A stretch of DNA of 64,000 nt from Octopus sinensis (lineage: Eukaryota). The position numbers and the translations under genes were made by a program. The notes beneath the pieces are model-generated. The model had not been told where the DNA came from, made no database searches, and worked only from the letters and a program-made list of their open reading frames with translations. Positions 38,571 to 51,615 of this stretch are shown one piece after another. The number at the start of each line of letters is the position of its first letter. Position 1 is the stretch's first letter. The stretch lies in NCBI RefSeq assembly GCF_006345805.1, contig NC_043007.1, positions 34,286,001 through 34,350,000 of the forward strand. Direction: 5' to 3'.

Positions 38571-38873
38571 TTCAGAAATATTTTGTAAATGTGTTGCTTA
38601 TTGCATGCTTAAATGTTTATTTTTTTTAAGTATATTATGTTCACCCTTTTACTTTCGTATATGACAAATAAACATGTACATCTTTTAGAACATTGTCATT
38701 TTATAAGATTTTGCGGGCAAATATTTTTTAATTAACATAAACATTTATTTGCATGAAAGATAATTACCGGAGAATTTTCATCTAATTCTTCCAAATCTGT
38801 CTGTTAAAAAACTGCATTAAAACCATGAGAAAAATTGTAATGCGTTTATCGCATGTAATATGTTATCACATTT

Positions 38874-39190
38874 GCATTAAATGCATGTTGAATGCTCATA
38901 CTACAAAATGTGTTGTTTGCCCATTTCTTTTTCTCAAGTGGTTGTGAGGTGTGCTAAAAATAACAGCTAAATAACGTTTTTGGATAAATCTTTCAAGCTC
39001 GTACTGTCGCATTAAATGCATGTTGAATGCTTAAAACTACAAAAGATGTGTTGTTTACTGATTTCTTTCTGTCATTGAGGTGGTTGTGAGGTGTGCTAAA
39101 AATAACAGCTAATAACGTTTTTCGATAAATCTTTTTTAAGTTCGTGCTATCGCAATGCTTAAATTTACAAAAGACGTGTTGTTTACTCTA
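38874..39190. repeat. About 135 bp tandem repeat (about 2.3 copies) downstream of the Merlin ORF
   Basis: gcattaaatgcatgttgaatgct occurs at 38874 and 39009, with a partial third copy. Confidence 0.8.
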
Positions 39191-39309
39191 TCTTCACAAA
39201 ACGTGCTATTTTCCGGTTCCTTACGACAAATTGTGCATTCACGCACACAAAATGACAGCTTCCAAATACTGTTTCCGGACAGGGTGGAAATAATCAAACT
39301 TTAAACCCC

Positions 39310-39710
39310 TTTACTCTCTCTTTTACTTGTTTCAGTCATTTGACTGCGGTCATGTTGGAGCACCGCCTTTAATCGTGCAAGACGACCCCGGGACTTATTC
39401 TTTTGTAAGCCCAGTACTTATTCTATCGGTCTCTTTTGCCGAACCGCTAAGTAACGGGGACATAAACACACCAGCATCGGTTGTCAAGCAATGCTAGGGG
39501 GACAAAGAGACACACAAACACACACATACATATATACATATACATACGACGGGCTTCTTTTCAGTTTCCGTCTACCAAATCCACTAACAAGGCTTTGGTC
39601 GGCCTGAGACTATAGTAGAAGACACTTGCCCAAGGTGAAACGCAGTGGGACTGAACCTGGAACCATGTGGTTGGTAAACAAGCTACTTACCACACAGCCA
39701 CTCCTGCGCC
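39310..39710 (-). mobile_element. SINE family A
   Basis: Full family consensus present. Confidence 0.93.
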
Positions 39711-39913
39711 ATAGCCACCTCTATAACTTTTTTAAAATATTTTTCTGGAAAAAGTGAAATGACTCTAGCAATTCAGCTTGGGAAAATATATTATCGTACG
39801 AAATTTTAAAATTTCCGAAAAATTAAAATTTTTGAAATGCTGGCTACCAAACAAACTAGACTCATTTCTATTTCTATTTATAATTAAATTTAGAGAATTT
39901 TCATTTGATTTTA

Positions 39914-40169
39914 TACTCTTTTACTCTTTTACTTGTTTCAGTCATTTGACTGCGGCCATGCTGGAGCACCACCTTCAGTCGACCAAATCAACCACAGGAA
40001 TTATTCTTTGTAAGCCTAGTACTTATTCTATCGATCTATTTTGCCGAACCGCTAGGTTACGGGGGCGTAAACACACCAGCATCGGTTGTCAATCGATGTT
40101 GGGAGGACAAACAGACACACAAACACACACACACACACACAACATACACACACACACACACACACACAC

Positions 40170-40219
<50 letters not shown>

Positions 40220-40479
40220 CCCAGCAAAATGGCGGTGCACCAGCATGGCCACAGCTCATGAGCTGAAACTAAAAAAAAAAAAAAAAAAAATCATATATAT
40301 ATACATATATATATATACGACGGGCTTCTTTCAGTTTCTGTCTAACAAATCCACTTGCAATGCTTTGGTTGGCCCAAGACTATAGTAAAAGACACTTGCC
40401 CAAGGTGCTACGCAGTGGGAGTGAACCCTGAACCATGTGGTTGGTAAGCAAGCTACTTACCATACAGCCACTCCTGCGC
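39914..40479 (-). mobile_element. SINE family A with rearranged internal region
   Basis: Family head and tail, plus an extra tail-like insert near 40215-40275. Confidence 0.88.
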
Positions 40480-40610
40480 GTATAATTTAATAATATTTTT
40501 TTTCTAGGCTTATTCATTTTGTTAGTGATTAGGGTTAATATATGCTTTTTCTTACTAATCGTATCTATTTGTATATCACATATACAGGACTAGATTTTAA
40601 CTAGTGGTTT

Positions 40611-41006
40611 TACTCTTTCTCTTTTACTCTTTTACTTGTTTCATTCATTTGACTGCAACTCGATCCCGGGACATATTCTGTTGTAAGCCCAGTACTTATT
40701 CTATCGGTCTCTTTTGCCGAACCGCTAAGTAACGGGAACATAAACACACCAGCATCAGTTGTCAAGCAATGCTAGAGGAACAAACACAGACACACACAAA
40801 CACACACACACACACATACACACATATATATATATACATATATACGACGGGCTTCTTTCAGTTTCCGTCTACCAAATCCACTCACAAGGCTTTGGTCAGC
40901 CCGAGGCTATAGTAGAAGACACTTGCCCAAGGTGCCACGCGTGGGACTGAACCTGGAACCATGTGGTTGGTAAACAAGCTACTTACCACACAGCCACTCC
41001 CGCGCC
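40611..41006 (-). mobile_element. SINE family A
   Basis: Family consensus present. Confidence 0.92.
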
Positions 41007-41331
41007 TGAGTGTACATGGTAATGTTTTCATTTCGGGAAAGTTTGGTCTTTGTGATGTGGTTACAAATTTCAGTCCCTTACTTATAATTTCTAGTTGGGG
41101 GTCAGTTAATGTTTTTTTTTTTGAAAGGTTGATTACCTTTGGTTTCTCGTGTAGTGGGGGCCAACATGTGTCCTCATATTTTTGTCATTGTACTAAGAAA
41201 GGAATGTAACTTTGAGTGTGGTTGATATTTGTTGTCGGTCTGTTTTGAGTGGAACTGTAGGTCGTTTTGGTGAGTGTGTTGGTGTGTGTGTGTATACATA
41301 CATGCATCATATATACATACATACATACATC

Positions 41332-41389
<58 letters not shown>

Positions 41390-41414
41390 TTTATTTATAA
41401 GCAGCAAATTCAAC

Positions 41415-41460
41415 AAAATCTGTTACTCTGAGTTTCTCGTTGCCGTTCATCAGACATTTT
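41415..41460 (-). ncRNA. Mirror-image minimal hammerhead motif on the minus strand
   Basis: Same motif through the palindrome. Stem I is 1 bp shorter. Confidence 0.6.
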
Positions 41461-41467
41461 TGCTAGC

Positions 41468-41515
41468 AAAAACTGTCTGATGAACGGCAACGAGAAACTC
41501 AGAGTAACAGATTTT
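41468..41515 (+). ncRNA. Minimal type I hammerhead ribozyme motif
   Basis: CTGT-CTGATGA-A-CG gcaa CG-A-GAAA-CTC a GAG-TA-ACAG. Stem I, a GNRA-capped stem II and a near-palindromic stem III are present. Confidence 0.65.
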
Positions 41516-41622
41516 GTTGAATTTGCTGCTTAAAATAAAGCATATTACTCTACCACTGGTATTTGAGTACTCTTTTTTCCACCTTGTTTCACATTTATGT
41601 GTTTACTCCGGTATATATATAT

Positions 41623-41665
<43 letters not shown>

Positions 41666-41672
<7 letters not shown>

Positions 41673-41878
41673 TAATTAAGGGTTAATTGCAACAAGTTGC
41701 TAAAAACCACATACCGAAAATATTAGAAATAGCAGCCAAAATTAATCACTATTTCCTCTACTAATAAAAAGTCTCCACAAACAAACAGAATTTGTAAGCT
41801 GTATATGGCAAAAAAGGCAGAAAATAACGAAATCCCAACTTGAGCAACTTGTTGCAATTAACCCTTAATTATAATTAT
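41666..41878. repeat. 213 bp segment bounded by perfect 36 bp inverted repeats
   Basis: ataattataattaagggttaattgcaacaagttgct and its exact reverse complement at 41843-41878. Confidence 0.95.
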
Positions 41879-41974
41879 TATAACCCTTACCAAATATGGT
41901 CTTTTCCATACCGATAAATCTACTAGGTGAAATTGATTAATTTTATTAATTAATTATATTCTACCCTTTATTGC

Positions 41975-42044
<70 letters not shown>

Positions 42045-42556
42045 TACATATATGTTCGTTATAGACGCATACACATCCCGCACACATACAGAAATGGCAG
42101 CTAACCGTTGTCAGATCACGCATCATAATTACTAAATGGTTATTATGTCAAGTTCCACTTCAGAAGGAGAGATAATCTCCTCCTCTTATTACAGAAGATG
42201 ACGGTTGACATATTGTGGTGCTGATGAAGAGGTACAACACCATAAACACTTGACCACGGATGATTGCCTTCTGATATCTAGACAATAAACCTGTCCCAAT
42301 ACTTAATGGCATAGGAGCTTTGGAGAACTCTTCATTTTGAGGATTATCTCCCCTTTTCAAGAGGAGCCGTTCTTTAATTGCTATTTGGTAGTTATCGATT
42401 CATTCTCTGGAGGCGAATGAAATTTTAATAAATCAGGAATTTATGTTGTATGATATTTCATATACCAGTATTTGCTTGTGTTGTTTATACACACACTTCT
42501 GGCCACTCTGAGTTATTTCTCTTAGCTCATTTGTATGTGTGTTTGTGTAAGCATAC

Positions 42557-42595
<39 letters not shown>

Positions 42596-42960
42596 TGTGT
42601 GTGTGTGTGTGCGAGCGTGCCTGAGTAGGCATACGTAAATATACTTCCACACACACACACAAACACACACACATACACAAACACACACACACATACGCAC
42701 GATATTAATATCTGTTTTTATGTCAAGTAATAATAATAAAAATTTGCATTAGACTGGAGGACTACTTACAAGTTTTTGCAGTGTACATATTGATTATTCT
42801 TTATCAGTACTGACAGTGACACTGACGTTTCGGTCTACTTAACCTTCATCACATTCTGGTGAAAGCTTCATTAAAAACTTCAGAGTCACTATCAATATTA
42901 TCAATATTATTTTGGCTAAAGAATTATATAGATATATATAATTCTTATATATAATTCATA

Positions 42961-43115
42961 GGCTAGGAGTAGCTTGCTTACGGACCACATGGTTCCGGGT
43001 TCAGCCCAACTGCGTTGTACCTTGGGCAAGTGTCTTCTACTATAGCCTCGGGCCGATCAAAGCCCTGTGAGCAGATTTGGTAGACGGAAACTGAAAGAAA
43101 CCCGGCGTATATTTG

Positions 43116-43173
<58 letters not shown>

Positions 43174-43382
43174 GTGTGTGTGTGTCTTGTTTTGGTGTGT
43201 CGTGGTTGTCCCCCAACATCACTTGACAACCGATGCTGGTGTGTTTACGTCCCCGTAACTTTGCGTTCGGCAAAAGAGACCAATAGAATAAGTACTAGTC
43301 TTACAAAGAATAAGTCGATTTGCTCGACTAAAGGTGGTGCTTTAGCATGGCCAGTCAAATGACTGAAACAAGTAAAAGAGTA
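42961..43382 (+). mobile_element. SINE family A
   Basis: Family consensus present; the head is partly deleted. Confidence 0.9.
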
Positions 43383-43672
43383 TATGTTATAATGTAATGA
43401 GATCTTTTCTACCCTCATGAAGGAAACCCAATGTTAATTGCACCAATACGGCCGCATATTGTAATGAACTAAAACTACCAACATTATTATGGATTGCCGA
43501 GTCCGCAGAAACAGCTCTTGGACACCTTTTTTCCACCCCTTTAATTCCTTCTGTCGTTTGTATTCTGTATAAGTTGGACCTACTAATATAAATATCATCA
43601 TATTTATACATAAAAATTCACCACCTTTTGCTTTCTCTCGTTTTGCATTGTATACATATATACATATTTTCT

Positions 43673-44057
43673 GTGGAGGCGCAATGGCCCAGTGGTTAGG
43701 GCAGCGGACTCGCGGTCGTAGGATCGCGGTTTCGATTCCCAGACCGGGCGTTGTGAGTGTTTATTGAGCGAAAACACCTAAAACTCCACGAGGCTCCGGC
43801 AGGGGATGGTGGTGATCCCTGCTGTACTCTTTCACCACAACTTTCTCTCACTCTTACTTCCTGTTTCTGTTGTACCTGTATTTCAAAGGGCCGGCCTTGT
43901 CACTCTCTGTGTCACGCTGAATATCCCCGAGAACTACGTTAAGGGTACACGTGTCTGTGGAGTGCTCAGCCATTTACACGTTAATTTCACGAGCAGGCTG
44001 TTCCGTTGATTCGGATCAACCGGAACCCTCGTCGTCGTAACCGACGGAGTGCTTCCA
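43673..44057 (+). mobile_element. SINE family C, full length
   Basis: Near-identical to the other family C copies. TSD acatatttt. Confidence 0.93.
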
Positions 44058-44247
44058 CATATTTTGTATTTGATGTATTTAATTACTTAATCTATTTAAT
44101 GCGTCTCATTTGTTTATCCGTATAATTGCCTCTGTGCAATAATTTCTGTGAGTTCAGCAAGGGCTAAGGTAGGCCAGTTATTGAAACTCAAGAGCGGACG
44201 TGCTATTGTTTGTGAACAATACAACGTAGTCATTGATAATTAAACGA

Positions 44248-44287
44248 AGTTCACTGAAAGGTCAGCACTAGGTGACCTTTGAGGTGA
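44248..44287 (+). promoter_or_regulatory. Candidate composite nuclear-receptor response element (DR5-DR5-DR6 plus IR8)
   Basis: AGTTCA-ctgaa-AGGTCA-gcact-AGGTGA-cctttg-AGGTGA, with TGACCT at 44273-44278. Confidence 0.3.
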
Positions 44288-44463
44288 AGCTACATATACA
44301 GTTTTGTGACGAATAGGAATCATCGACGAATGAATTAAACGAAAGGCCAATGCGTTCGTATCAGCTGGCTATTAAACTACAAAAGGTCAATATATATTTC
44401 TAGCTTGGTCCTTTTCCACAACAACGTCGTATATATACTTATATATATATATATATATAATAT

Positions 44464-44838
44464 CACTTTTACACTTTTACACTTTTACTTGTTTCAGTCA
44501 TTGACTGCGGCCATGCTGGAGCACCGCCTTTAATCGAGCAACTCGACCCCGGGATTATTCTTTTGTAAGCCCAGTAATTATTTTCTACGGTCTTTTTTGC
44601 CAAACCGCTAAGTAACGGGGACATAAACACACAACATCGGTTGTCAAGCAATGCTAGGGGACAAACACAGACACACACACCACACACCACACGCATATAT
44701 ATATATATATATACATATATATATACATATATACGACGGGCTTCTTTCAGTTTCCGTCTACCAAATCCACTCACAAGGCTTTGTCGGCCCGAGGCTATAG
44801 TAGAAGACACTTGCCCAAGGTGCCACGCAGTGGGACTA
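44464..44838 (-). mobile_element. SINE family A (5' truncated)
   Basis: Family consensus present. Confidence 0.9.
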
Positions 44839-44857
44839 GACACACACACAACACACA

Positions 44858-44888
<31 letters not shown>

Positions 44889-44907
44889 CAACACACACAC
44901 ACACACA

Positions 44908-45127
44908 CACGCGGGGTACTGAAAAGTCCCTGATTTTAAGGATATCGCGAAATGCCTGGCTGGAGGCCCAACCTTCCGAGTTGATTTACAGGGCTTAGAA
45001 AAACCGATGAACCGCTGCAATAAGCGTGTGAATCAGAGAGGGAAATACAGTGAATAAAATTAATAATTAACTGATCTTTCTGTGTTTTCTTTTACCCAAA
45101 GACAGAATTTTTTGAGCACACCCTCGT
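44908..45127. mobile_element. Mariner-derived MITE copy
   Basis: Homologous to 25021-25235. Confidence 0.75.
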
Positions 45128-45151
45128 ATATTGTATATAAATATATCTATG

Positions 45152-45257
<106 letters not shown>

Positions 45258-45272
45258 GTTTGTGTGTGTGTG

Positions 45273-45383
45273 TGGTCAGCCCGAGGATAGTAGAAGTCAC
45301 TTGCCCAAGATGCCACGCAGTGGGACCGAACCCGGACCCATGTGGTTGGGAAACAAGCTTCTTACCACACAGCCACTCTTGCA

Positions 45384-45385
<2 letters not shown>
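45273..45385 (-). mobile_element. SINE family A head fragment
   Basis: Head and CORE-like block only. Confidence 0.85.
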
Positions 45386-45440
<55 letters not shown>

Positions 45441-46217
45441 GTGGGCGCGGCATATAATATATAATATAAATATATATATATATATAAATTAATAAATAAA
45501 ATATATGCATACATACATACATATATGTACGTACTTACATCTACATGTATATATACATGCATATATAAATATATATATATATGTGAGTACAGGACACCAC
45601 AAACAGACGTAGAACTCAACGAGAAACGAAAACGTAAAAACAAACATGGAAACGGACTTTTTTTAACAACGAAAAAACAGAGTACAATGACAAACAATAA
45701 AAGGAAAATTCCCCTTCATCCGCTGTCTCTAGTTCGACTCCATGCGTGTTTCGAAGGTAAGGACAGAACACGACTCGTTGAACTAGCCCTTCCTGCGAAA
45801 GAATTAAATAAATTCCTTTGCAGAGGGGGTAAAAACAAGGAAAGAAAAAAATGTGACAAAAACAGGACGTAAAAACAATACAAATAAAAAAACATATACA
45901 AAATAAAAATACAAATACAAAAAAATACAGTACAAGTAAAGAATAAAAACAGGACAAAGAAACAAACATTGAGGGCCTTTTTTTAAGATTCAAGAGCGCA
46001 GGAAAAAAGCATGTTCACTTGTAGGAGGCCGCCAGCGAAAGGAAGTGGTCGACTCGGCTGTGTGAGAGATGAGGAGGAGTGAGAGAGAGAGAGAGAGATA
46101 GAGAGGAAAGGAAACCAGAAAGGGTGAAAAATAAGAAGGAGAGAGACAGGCAAAGAGGAAGACAGACAGGAAGGAAGGGAAGGTCAAGCAAAGGGTTACA
46201 GAGTTTCGCGATATATA

Positions 46218-46606
46218 TCTTTATATATAAAAGTGAGGTTGTGCGTCTGTCTCCTACGATTTAGATTCCTAACTACTCCATTTTGCGGTGCAGTTTAACC
46301 AAAACTGGGTATCTTATAGTCGTGATTCATATCGAGCCCTTCTGGGTTTTAGCGTGCGTCTACGATGAGTCTACGATTTAAAAAAAAATTTACCATCAAT
46401 TTTTCCCATTTTTAATGCATTTTTGGCATATATAAGGGAAGTAACTCTCTAAAAATTTATTATTAAATCACAGAACATAAAAAGCTACAGTAACCCCCCC
46501 CCTTTGTGGTTAACCATATTGAGATGGCTATTATACTTTACATCTCTAAAAATGCTTATATAGTTATTTCCCTTACAAACCCGAGCAACGCCGGGCGATA
46601 CTGCTA

Positions 46607-46607
<1 letters not shown>
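46218..46607 (+). mobile_element. Non-autonomous Helitron-like element
   Basis: A|TC...CCCGAGCAACGCCGGG...CTAG|T. Homologous to 17264-17568, with about 85 bp of extra internal sequence. Confidence 0.78.
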
Positions 46608-46657
<50 letters not shown>

Positions 46658-46693
46658 TAAACAGGTAGATAGATAATTACACACACATATATT

Positions 46694-47914
46694 TGAGAGG
46701 AAGTCAAAAATTATTCGCACTTTTGCCATAACATATCTTTCTTATTGTCACACTGCCTTCTGCGCATGCATGCTTATAGTTGGTACTATTGTGTTCATGT
46801 GATCGAAGCTTGAGCCTGATCGCGCCATTTTTCTTTCTGGCTTTACAGTGTAAGCGCGGCCGCTCCACTAGCAATGCGCAGTAAAGAAGAACAAAGAGCA
46901 GTGATCTGATTTCTCCGGGGGGAAGGTGTGTTCAGGTGCTGAAATTCATCTGAGAAACGTGACGCACGAAGAAGGAGCAGGACACCTGTCAACCTCCGCC
47001 ACTGACGAGAAGATTCAGCAAGCTCGAGAGATTGTAATGGTGTAGAGAGATGATGATGGTGAACCGGCGAGTCATCATCGATGTTGTAGCTTGTTCTCTG
47101 CAGATTAGTTATGGTTCTACCTATCAAATCATCCACGATGAGCTCGGCTTCCATAAAGTCTGTGCAAAATGAGTGCCAAGAGAGCTTACTGCAGAGAACA
47201 AGCACAAACGTCTTGAGGTTTGCCAACGATCGCTACAACAATGAGGGCGGGAATATTTGAGCAGAATAGTCACAAGAGTTGAAACGTGGGTCCATTATTA
47301 TGAGGCAGAATCCAAAAGATAGAGTATGGAGTGAAAATATCCTGGTTCGCTAGCGACGAAGAAATTCAAGATTCAGTCTTCCACGAGGGAAGTGATGCTA
47401 ACCCCTTTTTGGGGGATTCAAAATGGCCTATACTGGAAGATTACCTGGAAAAGACGTGTACAGAACAAGATACAATGCTTTGCTGGCCCACAAACTGTAA
47501 CCAGCAATTCGCACCAAACGCCGAAGCCTATTGTCGAAGAGAATTTTGTTGTTGCATGACAATGCACGCCCACACACAGCTGCACAGACCTTAGAAACCA
47601 TTAACCAATTAGCTTTTGTGATTCTGGAACATCCTGCCTACAGCCCAGATCTCGCTCCGTCCGACTATCATATCTTTGGACCGTTCAAAGATGGTTTACG
47701 AAGTCGTCGATTGCCGACGGATTAAGATGTGAAGAAAACGGTGCATAAAGGGTTGCACGACCAGCTGAAAACCTTCTTCTAGGAGGGAATATGCAAGCTT
47801 GTGAACCGTTGCACCAAGTGCATCGGAAAGAAGTGTCGTACTTGTTTATCCCCTGTTTTTATGTAAATACATTAAAAAAAAAACAAGAGTGGTATAATTT
47901 TTGACCCTCCCTCG
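46694..47914 (+). mobile_element. Full-length decayed mariner (DD34D) with both TIRs
   Basis: TIRs gagaggaagtcaaaaattatt and ataatttttgaccctccctcg|ta. LLHDNARPHTA...LEHPAYSPDLAPSDYHIFGP. Confidence 0.92.
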
Positions 47915-48239
47915 TATATGTATGTATGCATGTATGTATGTATGTATGTATGTATGTATGTATGTATGTATGTATGTATGTATGTATATATCACTTTAAT
48001 CAATCTAATGTAGTTATCGATCACAGCACCAGTAACAGTTAAGCTTCGTGCAATGGCCATACTCGATAACGAGGGGGGCAGCCATAAATATATATATATA
48101 TATTTATATAAGGATAAATATCGAACTTATCAAGTGGCCAGTATGGGAATAAAAACCTTCAAAGGTAATAATTATTATTAAAATTATAATTTACGGTATC
48201 TTTGTGGGGGTATCTCTTAGATACCCTAAATTATAATTT

Positions 48240-48307
<68 letters not shown>

Positions 48308-48516
48308 GATAGATGGATAGATTAATAGATACATACTTACATACGTACGTACGTACGTACACACATACATACATACTACATTACATACATACATACTACA
48401 TACATACATAAATACATACATACATATATACATACATACATGCATACATACATACATGCATACATACATACATACATACATACATACATACATACATACA
48501 TACATACATACATACA

Positions 48517-48550
<34 letters not shown>

Positions 48551-49429
48551 CATACATACAAACCTACCTAAGGTGTACAGAGAACAAAAGAAATTAAAAG
48601 ACTTTAAAAAAAACCCACTTTTCTTCCTGGAGAACGAAGTTTACTGCGCAAGTGACTAGCATGGGAAACAATTACAACCGTATAGGCAGATGCATACTGG
48701 CCGATGTATACAAGTTAATGATTATATTCGTGGTAGAGTTGTGAACATCTGCTAAGAATTTCAATGATTTGTTGATATAAACCAAACGGCACAATGGATG
48801 TGATTCAGGTTGTTTTATATATAAATAATTTCACAGTGAATTAAGTCAAAAGCAAAATAGAAATGTCTATTGTGATTGCTTCCATTAAATATACATATGC
48901 ACACATACGCAAACAGACACTTCTTACAGAGACGTATTACTCCATCGGCCTGTCTTCTGCAGTTTATACTAGTAAGACTTGGAAGAGTACAATAAGGATG
49001 GATAAAAAAAACTAAATATATTCCATTAAATGTGCCTCAGAAATATCTTTAGGGTCAAGTGGCAGGACAGTGTCACAAATGAGAAAATTCTGAGAAGAGC
49101 AAGGAGCGAAATTCTGAGAAGAGATTTTTTTTCTGTTCCTTCTCGAGCCATACGTGGCTCATAAGGGCCGGTTTTTCGGTTTCCTTGGCGTATAGGTTCC
49201 CCACCTGGACGGGACGCCGGTCTGTCGCAGGTGAGCTGCAAGATGCAGAAGGAAAGAGTGAAAGTTATGACGAAAGAGTCAGCAGAAGTTCGCCATTACA
49301 TTCTGCCAGAGCCGCGTGAAGTTTAGGTGTTTCGCTCATAAACACACACATCACTCGGTCTGAGATTCGAACCCGCGATCCTTCGATCTCGAGTCCGCTG
49401 CTCTAATTACTAGGCCATGTGCCTCCAAG

Positions 49430-49685
49430 CTGAGAAGAGATTGCAGGAGCAGAGTGCCGATTCACCCTGCTCCATCTCGCCGATCGACGGCACTTGAAAA
49501 CAGCCGTGGCATTGGTGGTAACGTCTGTCAAATGGACAGTCCGTAGCTCTCCTGCTCGTAGACTTTTCAAGATGAGTGAAGACAGTCAACTTTACGTGGA
49601 ATAGATGTAAAAGATTACAGCAGACCGAATCCAGTGGAGGATGCTTGCTACTCAATGCACTGAGCAGCGCAAGAGGACCTAAAGC
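49430..49685 (+). mobile_element. Probable RTE-clade LINE 3' end
   Basis: Decayed ...ITADRIQWRMLATQCTEQRKRT* resembles the RTE C-terminal DR..WR motif. Confidence 0.45.
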
Positions 49686-49692
49686 TAATGTA

Positions 49693-49899
49693 TACTCTTT
49701 ACTCCTTTTACTGTTTTACTTGTTTCAGTCATTTGCCTGTGGTCATGCTGGAGCACCGCCTTTTAGTCGTCCAAATCGACCCCAGGACTTATTCTTTGTA
49801 AGTCTAGTACTTATTCTATCGGGTCTCTTTTGCCGAACCGCTAAGTTACGGGGACGTAAACACACCAGCATCGGTTGTCAAGCGATGTTGGTGGGGGAC
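49693..49899 (-). mobile_element. SINE family A 3' half
   Basis: Family tail present. Confidence 0.88.
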
Positions 49900-50302
49900 T
49901 GAATTCATTGACAATTTGTTTGTAACCGCTATACCTGCTTCTGTACTCCTCAACACTCGATACAGAGCTACAATAACAATGATAAGGGCGGTAGAGGTGA
50001 TGAAGATAGTTATGATAATAATGGTGGCGGGACAAATTGTAATTATCATAAAAATAACAATAATAATAATGGTTATAAAAAGGAGAAAAATAATGATGAT
50101 AATAAATACGGCAATTAAGAGGGCAATGCGGGCAATTGCATTAACACTAATATTAACTATTGTTATAAAATAAAGAATAAACACCATACGATTAACAATT
50201 CCTTCTTCTTCTTCTTCTTCTTCTTCTTCTTCAACTTCTTCTTCAATTTCTTCAACTTCTTCTTCTTCTTAAAAAATAAACACCATACGATTAACAATTC
50301 TT

Positions 50303-50362
<60 letters not shown>

Positions 50363-50416
50363 CTTCTTCTTCCAACAACAACAGAACAGCAACAACACAA
50401 CAGCAACAACACAACA

Positions 50417-50980
50417 GTGAAGGCGCAATGGCCCAGTGGTTAGGGCGGCGGACTCGCGGTCGTAAGAATGCGGTTTCGATTCCCAGACCGGGCATTGTGA
50501 GTGTTTATTGAGCAAAAACACCAAAGCTCCACGATGCTCTTACGGGTGGTGGTGGGGAACCCTGCTGTACTCTTTCACCACAACTTTCCCTCACTCTTTC
50601 TTCCTACTTCTGCCACAAAGCAGAGGAACCATTGTGTAACCCACTATGGTGTGGTAAACTTTCAGACCCTAGTCTAGATTGCGAATCCTCTGTACCCCAG
50701 GATGGTTCAGCTCTCCACCCGTTAAAAGCCACCGTTTACGGAATGAGAATAATAATGTAATTTTCGCGCCCGTGCAACCACCAGTCTATCACATGTGGTG
50801 GGTGGATCCTCAAGTTGCCGCACGCATTCTTAGTAGCTTAGAGTAGGCTCGAATTAGAGCTTATTCTTTGTGGCTAATGGCATGAGTCCTGGTTGGAAGA
50901 AGAAGAAGAAGAAGAAGAAGAAGAAGAAGAAGAAGAAGAAGAAGAAGAAGAAGAAGAAGAAGAAGAAGAAGAAGAAGAAG
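50417..50980 (+). mobile_element. SINE with a family C head but a different body, ending in (GAA)n
   Basis: First about 170 bp align to family C, then the sequence diverges. (GAA)n tail at 50897-50980. Confidence 0.6.
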
Positions 50981-51230
50981 ACAACAGCAGCAGCAATAAC
51001 AACATCAACACTAGATGTATTGGTGCGAAGAGTTATATGTTTGGGGCAATAACTACAACTGTAGTAATAATAGTAATAAAGATAACGAATATATTTTGCA
51101 GCACTTGGAAAACTGAGTAACGTTTATAATAACTGTAGTACGAATTATGGCAATGTACGTGTTGACGGAGCGACTAACACACACAACATCGCTACTGTCT
51201 ATGGCTGTGTACTGCATAATGGTATGAGTA

Positions 51231-51615
51231 GTGGAGGCGCAATGGCCCAGTGGTTAGGGCAGCGGACTCGCGGTCGTAGGATCGCGGTTTCGATTCCCAG
51301 ACCGAGCGTTGTGAGTGTTTATTGAGCGAAGACACCTAAAGCTCCACGAGGCTCCGGCAGGGGATGGTGGTGATCCCTGCTGTACTCTTTCACCACAACT
51401 TTCTCTCACTCTTACTTCCTGTTTCTGTTGTACCTGTATTTCAAAGGGCCGGCCTTGTCACTCTCTGTGTCACGCTGAATATCCCCGAGAACTACGTTAA
51501 GGGTACACGTGTCTGTGGAGTGCTCAGCCACTTACACGTTAATTTCACGAGCAGGCTGTTCCGTTGATTCGGATCAACCGGAACCCTCGTCGTCGTAATC
51601 GACGGAGTGCTTCCA
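51231..51615 (+). mobile_element. SINE family C, full length
   Basis: TSD of 12 bp (aatggtatgagt). Confidence 0.94.

Larger units (their letters stand above)
41398..41532. repeat. 135 bp essentially perfect palindrome centred on GCTAGC
   Basis: Arms are identical except for one unpaired C. Confidence 0.98.

Noticed and set aside
42160-42410. 66 aa minus-strand ORF with an upstream acceptor
   Set aside because: All frames from the acceptor hit a stop within a few codons, and there is no recognisable homology.
42826-42865. GTGATGA-A-GGT...ACC-GAAA-CG-TC on the minus strand
   Set aside because: C3 is mutated and stem I does not pair. It is a PLE-type remnant and not called as a ribozyme.
43673-43750. 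tRNA-like sequences at SINE heads
   Set aside because: They continue into SINE bodies with TSDs and lack a complete cloverleaf acceptor stem, so they are not tRNA genes.
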